Assembly (NCBI GenBank): GCA_965204725.1
Contig: OZ242005.1
Span: 1,056,001 to 1,120,000, forward strand
Direction of reading: 5' to 3'
Source: Candidatus Latescibacterota bacterium
GTDB taxonomy: Bacteria; Latescibacterota; UBA2968; UBA8231
DNA: 64,000 bases
Positions 18,772 through 28,930 of this stretch are shown in pieces (positions within the stretch are counted from its first letter, which is position 1; each line of letters starts with the position of its first letter). Position numbers and translations under genes: made by a program. Below the pieces are notes generated by a model. That model made no database searches. It saw only the letters and a list, made by a program, of their open reading frames with translations, and was not told where the DNA came from.

Positions 18772-18812
18772 CATACCCAAAAATCCATCTAAGCGATGGC
18801 CCGCAACGTCCG

Positions 18813-19787
18813 TTAGTGATTGGGATTGACGATGACGCGGCCCTGTACTTTGCCGGCTAAGATGTCCTTGCCGAGGCGGGGGACCTCGGCTAAACCAACC
18901 TCCGTGCAGATGCGGTCTAATTTTTCCAAGGGCAGTTCGGCCGCCAAGCGCACCCAAGCACCCGTGCGGCGATCAATGGGGTAGAAGACCGAGTCGATGC
19001 CGAGGATGTTGACCCCGCGCAGCAAGAAGGGGAGGACGGTGGTTGCGAGTTGAGCACCGCCGGCTAAGCCCACGGCGGCGACCGAACCCCCGTAGGCCAT
19101 CTGGGCCAAGACGCGGGCCAAGGTGGTGCCTCCGACCGAGTCGATGCAGGCGGCCCAGCGCGCACTTTCCAAGGGTTTGTCGGATGGCTCGGCGAGGGCT
19201 GGGCGCGGAATGATGGTCTGGGCGCCGAGGTCTTTTAGATAGGGTTCGAGTTCGGGGCGGCCAGTAGATGCGGCGACTGAATAGCCCAGCGCGGCGAGCA
19301 GCAAAACCGATAAGGAGCCGACGCCGCCGGCCGCGCCCGTGACGAGAACTTCGCCTTGGTCCGGCGCGAGCCCGTGCGCTTCGAGTCTTTCTAAGGAGAT
19401 CGCCGCGGTCAGGCCGGCCGCGCCCAAGCCCATGGCGGTCCTCAGCGTGAGGCCAGCAGGGAGGGGCACGAGCCAGTCGGCCTTGAGCCGCGCCTTTTGC
19501 GCGTAGCCGCCCCAGTGGATTTCGCCGACGCGCCAGCCGGTGCATATAACTTGGTCGCCGGGTTGGAACGAGTCGCTTTGGCTGTGGACGACGGTGCCGG
19601 CGAGGTCAATGCCCGGGACGTGGGGATAGGTTTTGACCAAGCCGCCTAGGCCGTTGAGGATCATCCCGTCCTTGTAGTTGAGCGAGGAGTACGCAACGGC
19701 GATTTCTACATCGCCGCGAGGGAGGCGGCTTTCGTCGAGTTCTTCAACGAGGGCGGAGTGCTGATGTAAGACGAGTGCTTTGAACAT
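18813..19787 (-). CDS. YhdH/AcuI-family MDR oxidoreductase
   Basis: YSSLNYKD, PGIDLAG, VTGAAGGVGS, PFLLRGVNILGIDS. Confidence 0.92.
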   Translation of the reverse strand: MFKALVLHQHSALVEELDESRLPRGDVEIAVAYSSLNYKDGMILNGLGGLVKTYPHVPGIDLAGTVVHSQSDSFQPGDQVICTGWRVGEIHWGGYAQKARLKADWLVPLPAGLTLRTAMGLGAAGLTAAISLERLEAHGLAPDQGEVLVTGAAGGVGSLSVLLLAALGYSVAASTGRPELEPYLKDLGAQTIIPRPALAEPSDKPLESARWAACIDSVGGTTLARVLAQMAYGGSVAAVGLAGGAQLATTVLPFLLRGVNILGIDSVFYPIDRRTGAWVRLAAELPLEKLDRICTEVGLAEVPRLGKDILAGKVQGRVIVNPNH

Positions 19788-19884
19788 GGTTTATGTGATT
19801 GAATAGGGGATTCGGCCGACAGACGATCTGCCGGGGGATTATGGTATTGCCTCCGCTCGAAATCCGCAACTAACCGCGTTGGCC

Positions 19885-20355
19885 TCAAAATCCCCTGATA
19901 AGCCTCGGGTCGAAGTCGAACTCAGTGGAGCGACCAATGCGTATTTGCGCGAAATCGGGATGCTGTGGATTTAGGAGGAAATTGTGTTCCTGCGGAACGA
20001 CGGCACTGGGCACGACGAGCACGGCGGATTCGCAAGCGGTGGCCCACCTAGTGCCCATCTCTTGGACATTTGGCGGCACTGGATCGGATGCCCAATTATC
20101 GGGTAAGGCGTCTAATGCCAGTACCTTGCACAGGCTGTCGTCAAATTCGACCGGAATGCTCAGATACCGGTCGAGGGTTGCGGCCGAGTCGAGGTTGACG
20201 AGGATTTCGAGTGTGGCCAACGACAGGGATTCCGCCGTGTAGATGATAGGGGTGCCGCGGCGATTCCAGCGTCCCCCGAAAAGACGCGCTCCTGTTCCTT
20301 CAAAGGCCCGGTCCGCAAAGCGCGTCTGGACGATGCGCCAAGCTCGGATGATCAC
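19885..20355 (-). CDS. RES-domain toxin
   Basis: GGRWN, YTAESLSLATLE, VPSAVVP.EHNFLLNP.HPDF. Confidence 0.92.
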   Translation of the reverse strand: MIIRAWRIVQTRFADRAFEGTGARLFGGRWNRRGTPIIYTAESLSLATLEILVNLDSAATLDRYLSIPVEFDDSLCKVLALDALPDNWASDPVPPNVQEMGTRWATACESAVLVVPSAVVPQEHNFLLNPQHPDFAQIRIGRSTEFDFDPRLIRGF

Positions 20356-20882
20356 GAGAATACGCCGTATTCGAGGCGACCGAGGAGGTTTTCGACCTCG
20401 CGGGCACCCGGCTCGGTGTCGGCGTATTGCAGGGGCGTCTTCATGCCGAGGGCCTTCTTAGGCTCTTTGAACCACGCCCTCGCTCGCTCTGGGTCGCCCA
20501 AGACCTCAATCGCCCGGTCGTATAGAGCGGCAATGCGGAATAGGCGCTCGGATTCATCGGTTTGGAGGCGGCCTTCTTTGCGGCGGCGATTAAGCGTCCG
20601 TACCGCGATATTAGCCGCGCTGGCCAAGGTCTTGGCCGGTACAGCCATGGCGACTTGAAGGCGGTCAAAGGCGTTGATCGGCAACCCGCGCTTGAGCTGG
20701 CGGATCAGGGTTCCGGTATCTTTGCACGACAGTCCTGCAGAGGCCCCGTAAGAGGGGCTGGAGTGGGCATCCGCGCTGATGGTCGAGGCGTCCAAAGGCT
20801 TTGTGCCCTCGGAAGCCCAAACGTAAGTGCCCATGGGTTTATTTGGTTTTTTAGACGATGGAGACATGGCGGCTTCAGGCAT
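20352..20882 (-). CDS. Xre/MbcA/ParS antitoxin (start may be 20867 or 20834)
   Basis: RTLNRRRKEGRL..DESERL, ARAWFKEP..ALG..TPL, LGRLEYGVFS. Confidence 0.9.
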   Translation of the reverse strand: MPEAAMSPSSKKPNKPMGTYVWASEGTKPLDASTISADAHSSPSYGASAGLSCKDTGTLIRQLKRGLPINAFDRLQVAMAVPAKTLASAANIAVRTLNRRRKEGRLQTDESERLFRIAALYDRAIEVLGDPERARAWFKEPKKALGMKTPLQYADTEPGAREVENLLGRLEYGVFS

Positions 20883-21636
20883 TGCAGACCGAGAAGGCGT
20901 GGGTCAGGGAGTCAATAGGGTCGTCCTTGGGCCGGTACTCGTGGCCGACGTAGCCTGCGTAGGAAGTGGCGGCGATGGCTCGCATGATCGGCGGGTAGTA
21001 AATCTCCTGCTGATCGTCGAGGTCTTGGCGGCCGGGGTTGCCGGCCGTGTGGAAGTGGCCAATGCAGTCGATGTGCGCGGTGATGTTGCGGATGAGATCG
21101 CCTTCCATGATCTGCATGTGGTAGATGTCGTAGAGGAGCTTGAACCGGGGCGAGTCCACGGCCCGGCACAGGGCCGCGCCCCAAGCGGTGCGGTCGCACT
21201 GGTAGTCGGGATGGTTGACGCGCGAGTTGAGCAATTCCATGCACAGGGTAATGCCTTTTTCCTCGGCGGTCCCGGTGACGCGGCGCAAACCGGCGACGCA
21301 GTTGGCAAGCCCCTCTTCTGAGGACCGGCCCTCGCAGTTGCCGGAAAAGCAAATCAGCGAGGGGATGCCGTATTCAACGGCGAGGTCGCAGTGGGCGAGG
21401 AGCTCGTCTTCGATGCGGTCGTGGTTTTCGGGCTTGTTGAGGCCGTCGGGCAGGGAGGCATGGCCGGCGACAATGGCGATGGCAAGCCCGTGGTCTTGGA
21501 TGAGCGGCCAGTGCTCTTGGGGGGCCATCTCCACGGACTGGTAGCCAATGCGGGCGGCGGCCGCGACCAGCGCTTGCGGGCTGAGGCCGCTACCGGTGAA
21601 GGGATTGAAGCAGACGGATTGTTTGATGGCCGGCAT
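20875..21636 (-). CDS. Hydroxypyruvate isomerase family TIM-barrel protein
   Basis: ELLNS.VNHPDYQCD, YDIYHMQIMEG, HFHTAGNPGR, VGHEY. Confidence 0.88.
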   Translation of the reverse strand: MPAIKQSVCFNPFTGSGLSPQALVAAAARIGYQSVEMAPQEHWPLIQDHGLAIAIVAGHASLPDGLNKPENHDRIEDELLAHCDLAVEYGIPSLICFSGNCEGRSSEEGLANCVAGLRRVTGTAEEKGITLCMELLNSRVNHPDYQCDRTAWGAALCRAVDSPRFKLLYDIYHMQIMEGDLIRNITAHIDCIGHFHTAGNPGRQDLDDQQEIYYPPIMRAIAATSYAGYVGHEYRPKDDPIDSLTHAFSVCNA

Positions 21637-21639
21637 ACG

Positions 21640-23127
21640 CTAGGCTCCTGTGCCGAACATTTCGGCAACCGGGGTAAAAGGGGCATCGGGTTCGAGCGGG
21701 TACATGGGCCGCTGGCAAACGCGGTGCCCGAGCGTGGGCAGGTTCGCGCTGGTCGAGCCGAGGGCGTCGATGTTGAAGTTTACCTCGGCCCACTCGTCGA
21801 AAAAGTGCCACTGACAGTGCGGCGACTTGATGACGATGAGGTCGTAGTCCTTGGGATTGATGTCGTGGGCCATAAAGACCGAGCGATCGATAAAGGGCAC
21901 GGAGCGGCTGACGCAGACGATGGTGAATGCGTCGCTTGCTAGCACGGCCGTAGGCCCGGCGTGCTGGGGCGTGTTCCAAGATTCGCAGACATATTCGCCG
22001 TCGCCGAGTTGGGTGACTTCGACTGCGAGGTCGAGCGGGGCAAAGCGCGAGTCGAGCGAGCCGCCCAAAACCACGTGGATGCGGGCGCCGAGCCCGGCGT
22101 CGTGGGCCATGTACGCGGCGGGCGCATCCACCAGCGGCGCGAGCACTCGGCCCGAGTACCCGCTGGCGTGCAGGGCGTGGAGGAGGACATTGCTGTCGCC
22201 GGTCGCGCCCGAGGAGGGGGCGTCGGCCGCGTCGGTAAAGAGCACCGGACCGCTGTATTGCGCGGCTTGGGCTACGGCGTCTTCGACCGACACGAGGTCG
22301 GGCTGCATGAGGGCGCGATGTTCCCAGAAGTTGGCGGCGAGGTGGAGGGCCTCGCTGCGGGCGAGGTCCGGGTCGGCATCGGCCACGACGATGGCTTGCG
22401 AGCACAGCTCGGGCACATCGGTGAACGGATTGCCGATCATCACGCCGGCCGCGAGGATGTCGGGTTGCTCCTCTAGGGCTTGGCAGTAGCGGATGGACTC
22501 GCCGTACACGCCCGAGGCGGTGATGAGCTCGTTGCCGCGCACGAGCGCGGGTATCCGCACCCGGGCCACCACCGGCTGAGCACCGGCGAGGACTTGGAGG
22601 AGCAAGTACGCGGCGCGGCGACCCGTGTCGGCCAAATCCACGTGCGGATAGGTGTGATAGATCGCGAGGCCGTTGGAGTGCTCCAGCATGCGATGGGTGA
22701 GGATGCCGTGGAGGTCTTGCGAGATCACGATGGGGAAATCGGGACCGGCGCTGAGGCGGAGCTGTTGCAGCAAGTAGCCCTCCGGGTCGAGCTCCTCGGT
22801 GCAGCCCATAGCCCCGTGCAAGCAGCAGTACAGGCCGTCGGCTTCGGCTAGGTGCGGCGCGACCGCGTCGAGCAACTCGGCGGCAAGGCGCTCGAAGTCC
22901 CGTTGGTCTAAAGGCCCGGCCGAGGGGGCGCAGGCCCCGTAGGTGGGGATGACCTCGACGTGGCTGTCGGCAAACACCTGCAAGGCACCGCTCAGCTCGG
23001 TCTCGCGGCCTTGGTGATAGGCGAGCAACTCGGGGCCGCGGCGGATGGAGAAATTGTCGTACGTGCCGATGATCGGGTTGAAGGAAGAGATTTCTTGCTT
23101 GCACTCGGCGACGAGGATGCGGAACAT
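21640..23127 (-). CDS. M81 (MlrC-family) metallopeptidase
   Basis: QEISSFNP, LHGAM, DLHG, YPHVD, VIKS; ATG 23127. Confidence 0.88.
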   Translation of the reverse strand: MFRILVAECKQEISSFNPIIGTYDNFSIRRGPELLAYHQGRETELSGALQVFADSHVEVIPTYGACAPSAGPLDQRDFERLAAELLDAVAPHLAEADGLYCCLHGAMGCTEELDPEGYLLQQLRLSAGPDFPIVISQDLHGILTHRMLEHSNGLAIYHTYPHVDLADTGRRAAYLLLQVLAGAQPVVARVRIPALVRGNELITASGVYGESIRYCQALEEQPDILAAGVMIGNPFTDVPELCSQAIVVADADPDLARSEALHLAANFWEHRALMQPDLVSVEDAVAQAAQYSGPVLFTDAADAPSSGATGDSNVLLHALHASGYSGRVLAPLVDAPAAYMAHDAGLGARIHVVLGGSLDSRFAPLDLAVEVTQLGDGEYVCESWNTPQHAGPTAVLASDAFTIVCVSRSVPFIDRSVFMAHDINPKDYDLIVIKSPHCQWHFFDEWAEVNFNIDALGSTSANLPTLGHRVCQRPMYPLEPDAPFTPVAEMFGTGA

Positions 23128-23149
23128 GGGCGTCCGTTCGGTTAGTCGG

Positions 23150-24532
23150 TTAGGCTGGGGAGCGCGGGCGAATGTGAGGGCCTTGCGGGGTGTCTTCGAT
23201 TTCGTAGCCGGCCGCGGCGATTTCGTCGCGCAGGGCGTCGGCCGTAGCCCAGTCCTTGGCGGCGCGGGCCTGTTGCCGCTGGGCGGCGAGCGCGCCAATG
23301 GCGTCGGGGATGGCCGCCTCTTGCGGCGTCCACTCGGCCAGCCCCAAGCCCATGACTTGGTCGAAGTGCAAAATCGTGGCCTTCTTGGTTGCGGCGGGGA
23401 GATCGTCGGCCGCCAGCTCCCAGCACAGGGCGAGGACGCGCGGCAGGTTGAGGTCGTCTTCGACGCGCTCTTTGAACGCGGTCACATAGCGGTCCTCGGG
23501 TTCGGACGGCGCTCCCCAAGCGTGGGTCGCGGCGCGCAGCCGGTCAAGGGCTGTGGCCGCGCCGGCGAGGCTCTCGTAGGTAAAGGAGAGCTTGGCTCGG
23601 TAGCGCGCCCCGAGGCAAAAGAAGCGGTAGGCGAGCGGATCGTAGCCCGCTTCGACGAGGGATTCGAGGCGCAGGAAGTCGCCGCTCGACTTGGACATTT
23701 TCTCCCCGTCGAGCTGCAAAAACGCGCCGTGGAGCCAGAACTCGGCCAGCCGCGTGTCGTAGCAGGCTTGGGCTTGGGCAATTTCGTTGGTGTGGTGGAC
23801 CGGGATGTGGTCCTCGCCGCCGCAGTGGATGTCGAAGTACGGCCCCAAGTATTTGGCGGCCATGGCCGTGCATTCGATGTGCCAGCCGGGGAAGCCGCGG
23901 CCCCACGGGCTGTCCCACTCCATCTGCCGCTGCGTCTGGGCCGGGCTGAACTTCCACAGGGCAAAGTCCGTGACGCGGCGCTTTTGCCCGAGCTCGACGC
24001 GCTGGCCGCCTTGCAGGCCCTCGATGTCGAGGCGGGCGAGGTGGCCGTAGTCGTTCAGGCGCGCGGTGTCGAAGTACAGGCCGTCGTCCGTGCGGTACGC
24101 ATAGCCTTTTTCCTCAATCGCGGCGATGGCCGCAATCTGCTCGCGGATGTGGTCGGTGGCCCGGCACCAGACGTGGGGCGGGCGCACGTTGAGCCATTCG
24201 AGCTTTTCGCGAAAATCTGCGGTGTAGTGCTCGGCGATTTCCCAGGCCGACCGACCGGTGCGCCGCGCGCCGGCCTCCATTTTGTCCTCGCCGGTGTCCG
24301 CGTCTGAGGTCAGGTGCCCTACGTCGGTGATGTTGACGACGTGGTGAACCGCATAGCCGCTGTATTCGAGGGCGCGCCGCAGGATGTCCTCGAAGATGTA
24401 AGTGCGCAAGTTGCCGATGTGCTGGTAGTTGTACACGGTCGGGCCGCAGGCGTACAAGCGGACTTGGGGCGGCGCGAGCGGTTGGAAAGGGCGCGCTTGG
24501 CGGCTGTACGTGTCAAAGAGGCGGAGCGTCAT
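23150..24532 (-). CDS. cysS: Cysteine--tRNA ligase
   Basis: YACGPTVY..HIGN, DFALWK, PGWHIEC, KMSKS. Confidence 0.97.
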   Translation of the reverse strand: MTLRLFDTYSRQARPFQPLAPPQVRLYACGPTVYNYQHIGNLRTYIFEDILRRALEYSGYAVHHVVNITDVGHLTSDADTGEDKMEAGARRTGRSAWEIAEHYTADFREKLEWLNVRPPHVWCRATDHIREQIAAIAAIEEKGYAYRTDDGLYFDTARLNDYGHLARLDIEGLQGGQRVELGQKRRVTDFALWKFSPAQTQRQMEWDSPWGRGFPGWHIECTAMAAKYLGPYFDIHCGGEDHIPVHHTNEIAQAQACYDTRLAEFWLHGAFLQLDGEKMSKSSGDFLRLESLVEAGYDPLAYRFFCLGARYRAKLSFTYESLAGAATALDRLRAATHAWGAPSEPEDRYVTAFKERVEDDLNLPRVLALCWELAADDLPAATKKATILHFDQVMGLGLAEWTPQEAAIPDAIGALAAQRQQARAAKDWATADALRDEIAAAGYEIEDTPQGPHIRPRSPA

Positions 24533-24543
24533 AGCGCGAGGTC

Positions 24544-24765
24544 TCAGGCGTCGAGCTCGGCCAGCGATACAGGCCGGCTTTCCACCGCGCTTTTGACGGC
24601 CGCAAAAACCATGGCCAGCTCGGGGAAGTCGCATTCTGCGGCGGCGCGGGCGCGGTTTTGTGCGCTCGGCTCGACGCCAGCGACCACGTCAACCCCCGGC
24701 TGCTTTTGGCACTGGCCGAGCCAATAGCGGCCCCGGCCACCCAACCCTACGAGTATGGCTTTCAT
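24544..24765 (-). pseudogene. Gfo/Idh/MocA oxidoreductase with large in-frame internal deletion
   Basis: Rossmann start MKAILVGLGGRG joined directly to a typical C-terminus LAMVFAAVKSAVESRPV; only 73 aa. Confidence 0.7.
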
Positions 24766-24836
24766 CTGCGTCCTTTCTCTTTCATTTATTATAAAATAAA
24801 GGGTTTGGCCTGCGGCGGGGCCAGTCGCTGAAAAAA

Positions 24837-24865
24837 TTGACAGGGTTGCAGCGCAGGGCTACCTT
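24837..24865 (+). promoter_or_regulatory. sigma70 promoter for the rightward gene run
   Basis: TTGACA-17 nt-TACCTT. Confidence 0.6.
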
Positions 24866-24910
24866 TGGGCGGTTTTAACGCCGTCCCCTTGCCACTGAGG
24901 TACGCTTCTT

Positions 24911-26077
24911 TTGCCTATATCGCACGGCGCGTCCACGCGCCTCGTCCTCTCGATTCTCGCGTGGTGCTTGGTTTGGAGTTGCGCCCGGCAAAGCACCGAG
25001 GAGCTCGCGCCCGGGGTAGTGTACCGCGAGATTCACTTGCCCGAAGGACCGTGGCAGGTCCATATAGTGGAAGTGGACCTGCTGCGCTCTTGGGCGGCGG
25101 GCGTCCGCGTGCGCACGGCCAAGCAAGCCGAGGCGCAAAAGACCAGCCACTTGGCCGTCGGCGCCCTAGCCGCCATAAACGGGGACTTTCTGTTTCCCGG
25201 GGAGGCCGGCCGGCCGGCCGGATTGTACATTGAGTCCGGCCACCTCATCCGCATCCCCCAGCGGCGCTCGGCCTTTGCCATGACCGAGACCGGCCAGCCC
25301 CTAATCGCCGTGTACAAGATGGAACTGGGCTTGTTGACCGCCCAAGGCGAGCACCTGCCCATCGCGGGCTTTAACCGCGAGCCCGCGCTCGGGGAATTGG
25401 TCTTGATCAACGATCGGGCACAGGTGCCGGGCGATTCCCTGCATGCCCCCACCGGCTTCCTGTTGCAGGGGTTGGGTGCCACCTCCATCGCCAACGACAC
25501 GATCGCGGTTCGGGTCCAACAAGTCCGGCGGCAGGCTTGGCCGCTCGCCCTCCAGCGCGACCAGTGGCTGTTGGCCGCTGGCCCCGAATACGAGGCGACC
25601 GAACAGGTGGCCTTGGGCGACACGGTGCAACTGTATTGCCGGCTGTTGCCAGCCCGCGCCAAATTGATGGAGGCCATCAGCGGGGGGCCGCGCATCCTGC
25701 GCGATGGCCAAGTCTCTATCGAAGTAGAAAAGGAGCGGCTCAGCCGCAGCTTTGCCGACAAGCGGCACCCGCGCACGGCCATTGGGTATTCCCAAGACGA
25801 GCAGGTGCTGTTTCTGATTGTGGTCGATGGGCGGCAACCCGGGTACAGCGTTGGCATGAGCTTACAGGAGTTGGCCGAATTTATGCGCACCCGCTTGGCC
25901 GATTTTTCCCACGCCAAGACCAATGCCTATCAGGGGCTAAACCTCGATGGCGGCGGCTCGACGACGATGGTCGTAGCGGAGCAGGTGGTCAACAGGCCCT
26001 CCGATCCCACGGGCGAGCGGCCGGTGGTCAACGCCCTGTTGGTCGTTTCGCCCGCTTGGGACGAGGAGCGGCCCTAG
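24911..26077 (+). CDS. Phosphodiester glycosidase (NAGPA) family lipoprotein
   Basis: AINGDF, RHPRTAIG, VDGRQ, NLDGGGST. Confidence 0.88.
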   Translation: MPISHGASTRLVLSILAWCLVWSCARQSTEELAPGVVYREIHLPEGPWQVHIVEVDLLRSWAAGVRVRTAKQAEAQKTSHLAVGALAAINGDFLFPGEAGRPAGLYIESGHLIRIPQRRSAFAMTETGQPLIAVYKMELGLLTAQGEHLPIAGFNREPALGELVLINDRAQVPGDSLHAPTGFLLQGLGATSIANDTIAVRVQQVRRQAWPLALQRDQWLLAAGPEYEATEQVALGDTVQLYCRLLPARAKLMEAISGGPRILRDGQVSIEVEKERLSRSFADKRHPRTAIGYSQDEQVLFLIVVDGRQPGYSVGMSLQELAEFMRTRLADFSHAKTNAYQGLNLDGGGSTTMVVAEQVVNRPSDPTGERPVVNALLVVSPAWDEERP

Positions 26078-27141
26078 TGCCCACCTTGCGCGCCGAAGCC
26101 CTCGATGCGCTAGCGCGGGCTTGCTTGCAACAGGTCGGCGTCCCCGTGGCCGACGCCGCGCTCGTGGCCGAGCACTTGGTTGAAGCCGGGCTGATGGGGC
26201 ACGATACCCACAGCGTGTTGCGGCTGCCCCAATACGTACAGATGGTGCGCGACGGCCAAGTTGAGCCGGGCGCGGAGTTGGTGGTGCTGGAAGAAAGCGC
26301 GTGTGGGGGGCGGCTGAGTGGCCAGTGGAATTACGGCCCGGTGACCGCCACCGAGGCCGTGCGCTGGGCGTTGGACAAACTCGGCGATGGGGCGGTCGCA
26401 GTCGTCGGGGTGCGCGACTGCAACTACGTGGCGCGGCTGGGTCGTTTTGTCGAGATCGCTACCCGCGCCGGCTGCATCGGCCTCATCGCGGCCAATGGAC
26501 ACGGCGGCGATGGGGCGGTCGCGCCCTTTGGCGGCCGCAGCCGACGCCTGCCGACCAATCCGATCTGCTGCGGCATTCCCACCAGCGGCGCGTGGCCCGT
26601 GATCCTAGACATGACGACGAGCATGATTTCCGGCGGCGACATGCGTCTTTTGCGCAACCGGGGCGAGGACGCCCCCCCCGGGATGCTGATCGACGCCGAG
26701 GGCCAGCCGACGACGAGTGTAGAAGCGTACTATGGCCCGCCGGCCGGGGCCATTTTGCCGCTTGGTTTCCCGCAGAGCGGGCACAAGGGCTACGGGCTTT
26801 CCGTGCTGGTCGATATTTTGGCCGGGTCGCTTTCCGGGGCTGGGATGACGTGCGAAGCGCCCGAGCGCCCGGGCAACGCCCTGTTCATCGCCGTGCTCAA
26901 GGTCGCGGCCTTCCTGCCGTTGGACGAATTTTACGCCGAGGTCGCGAGTTTTGTCGAGTGGGTCAAATCGTGTCCGCCGGCGCCCGGAGTGGCCGAGGTG
27001 TTGCTGCCCGGCGAGCGGGCGCACCAGCGCTTGCAGGCGCGGCGGCGCACGGGTCTATACGTGGATGAAACGGCTTGGGCCGATATAGGTGCTTTGGCAG
27101 CCGAGTTGGGAGTGGAACTGCCCAGGCCGGTGGCTACTTAA
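26077..27141 (+). CDS. Ldh_2 (malate/L-lactate/ureidoglycolate dehydrogenase) family oxidoreductase
   Basis: GTG 26077; GHDTHS, TNPI, LDMTTS, GHKGYGL, LPGER. Confidence 0.9.
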   Translation: MPTLRAEALDALARACLQQVGVPVADAALVAEHLVEAGLMGHDTHSVLRLPQYVQMVRDGQVEPGAELVVLEESACGGRLSGQWNYGPVTATEAVRWALDKLGDGAVAVVGVRDCNYVARLGRFVEIATRAGCIGLIAANGHGGDGAVAPFGGRSRRLPTNPICCGIPTSGAWPVILDMTTSMISGGDMRLLRNRGEDAPPGMLIDAEGQPTTSVEAYYGPPAGAILPLGFPQSGHKGYGLSVLVDILAGSLSGAGMTCEAPERPGNALFIAVLKVAAFLPLDEFYAEVASFVEWVKSCPPAPGVAEVLLPGERAHQRLQARRRTGLYVDETAWADIGALAAELGVELPRPVAT

Positions 27142-27160
27142 AATCAAAAAGGAGGGTGCA

Positions 27161-28156
27161 ATGCTTCACATTGGGATTGTCGGCATGGGCGGAATTGGCA
27201 ACAACCACGCCCGTTGCTACACAGAGAACGAGAACGCGCAGGTCGTCGCCGTGTGCGACATGGTCGCCAAGCAGGCGGACGCAGCGGCCGAGCGCTATGG
27301 GGCGCGGGCCTTTTACTCGGTTGAGGAGATGATCGCCCGCGGCCCGCGGCTCGACGCCTGTTCGGTGACCACGGCGGGGGTGGAAAACGGCGGCGATCAC
27401 TACGAGCCGACGATGGCGCTGTTGCGCGCCGGCATCCCGGTGCTGGGCGAGAAGCCGATTTCCAATGAAATTCCCAAGGCGCGCGAAATGGTGGCCTTGG
27501 CCGCAGAACAGCGGTTGCCCTACGGGATCAACCTGAACCACCGCTTCACCCCGGCCGCCGTTCAGGCCAAGGAATGGCTGGCCGCCGGGCGGCTCGGCGA
27601 ATTACAACTGGTCAACATGACGATGTGGATCAACAATCCCAACGAGTCGAGCCCGTGGTTCCACATCCGCGCGCTGCACCCGCACTCGCTCGACGTGATG
27701 AGCTATTTCGCCGGCGGAGTGGAGCGGGTCCACGCCTTTTTTAAGAAGGGAAAAGGGCGGCAGATCTGGTCTAACGTGCAGGCGAACTTGTTGTACGAAA
27801 ACGGCGTCATCGGGCACTTGACCGGGTCGTACGACGCCGGGGGCAGCTACGGCTTGGAGACCTTGGAGTTGGTTGGCTCGGAGGGGCGGGTCATCATCAA
27901 CGAAGCCTGCGAGAAGCTGACGTTTTACCCGCGCTTTTCGCGCGAGGTGGAAAGCTACGATCACCTCGGGGGCATGGGCGGCTTTGCCGACACCTTTCCG
28001 GCCCGCATCAACGCTTGGATCGACGATTTGCTCAACCAAGTGCCGCCGGAGCAGGTGGATGCCAAAGGGGCGGACGCCTTGCGGGTGCAGTTGGTCATTG
28101 AGGCGCTCATCGAAAGCTGGGAAACCGGGCAGGTGGTGGAGGTGCCCAAACGATAG
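27161..28156 (+). CDS. Gfo/Idh/MocA oxidoreductase
   Basis: IGIVGMGGIG, EKPIS; AGGAGG RBS. Confidence 0.92.
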   Translation: MLHIGIVGMGGIGNNHARCYTENENAQVVAVCDMVAKQADAAAERYGARAFYSVEEMIARGPRLDACSVTTAGVENGGDHYEPTMALLRAGIPVLGEKPISNEIPKAREMVALAAEQRLPYGINLNHRFTPAAVQAKEWLAAGRLGELQLVNMTMWINNPNESSPWFHIRALHPHSLDVMSYFAGGVERVHAFFKKGKGRQIWSNVQANLLYENGVIGHLTGSYDAGGSYGLETLELVGSEGRVIINEACEKLTFYPRFSREVESYDHLGGMGGFADTFPARINAWIDDLLNQVPPEQVDAKGADALRVQLVIEALIESWETGQVVEVPKR

Positions 28157-28214
28157 GCGCAAATGGCGGCTAGGAGGGCAGTTTGTTATACTCAGGTCTG
28201 AGGAGATGCTGCGA

Positions 28215-28919
28215 ATGGAGCAGGCCAAGCAAAAGTCCGAACTCGGCCAATACCTGTATTCTATACTAACCGTCGTAGGGTTGTTTCTGGTCATTCGCAC
28301 CGGGGTGGTGCAAGCCTTTTACATCCCTTCGAGTTCGATGGAAGACACGCTCTTGGTGGGCGATTATCTGCTGGCGAACAAGTTTATCTACGGCGTTCCG
28401 GTCGATGTGCCCCTGACCAGCATTTCCCTGTTTCGCCTGCCCGCGCTCAGGACGCCGCAACCGGGCGACATCGTCATCTTCCGCTCCCCGCAGGACGAGG
28501 AGCGCGACCTAATCAAGCGCTGCGTGGCCGTCGGGGGGCAGAAAGTGGAGATTGTCAACAAAGTGCTCTACGTCGATGGCCTGCGCCAGCCAGACCCGCC
28601 GCAGGCCAAGTACACGGAACGCAGAGTGCTCTCGGCGGAGCGCGGTTCCCGCGACAACTTCGGCCCTTACATCGTGCCCGATGAGCATTTCTTTATGATG
28701 GGCGACAACCGCGACAACAGCGCCGACAGCCGCATCTTCTTGGCCGTGCCCGAGCGGCTGATCAAGGGCAAGGCCATGAACCTCTACTGGTCGTGGGAGC
28801 CCGACACGCGCGGGCCGTACTACAGCGGCTTGAGCTCGCTGCCCGCAGTGGTGGCCAGCTTTGTCTGGCGTCTGCCCAGCCGAGTGCGCTACGGCCGCCT
28901 CGGCGACGTGATCCACTAA
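28215..28919 (+). CDS. lepB: Signal peptidase I
   Basis: PSSSMEDTL (Ser), LIKRCV (Lys), GDNRDNSADSR. Confidence 0.95.
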   Translation: MEQAKQKSELGQYLYSILTVVGLFLVIRTGVVQAFYIPSSSMEDTLLVGDYLLANKFIYGVPVDVPLTSISLFRLPALRTPQPGDIVIFRSPQDEERDLIKRCVAVGGQKVEIVNKVLYVDGLRQPDPPQAKYTERRVLSAERGSRDNFGPYIVPDEHFFMMGDNRDNSADSRIFLAVPERLIKGKAMNLYWSWEPDTRGPYYSGLSSLPAVVASFVWRLPSRVRYGRLGDVIH

Positions 28920-28930
28920 CGAGAAACAAT

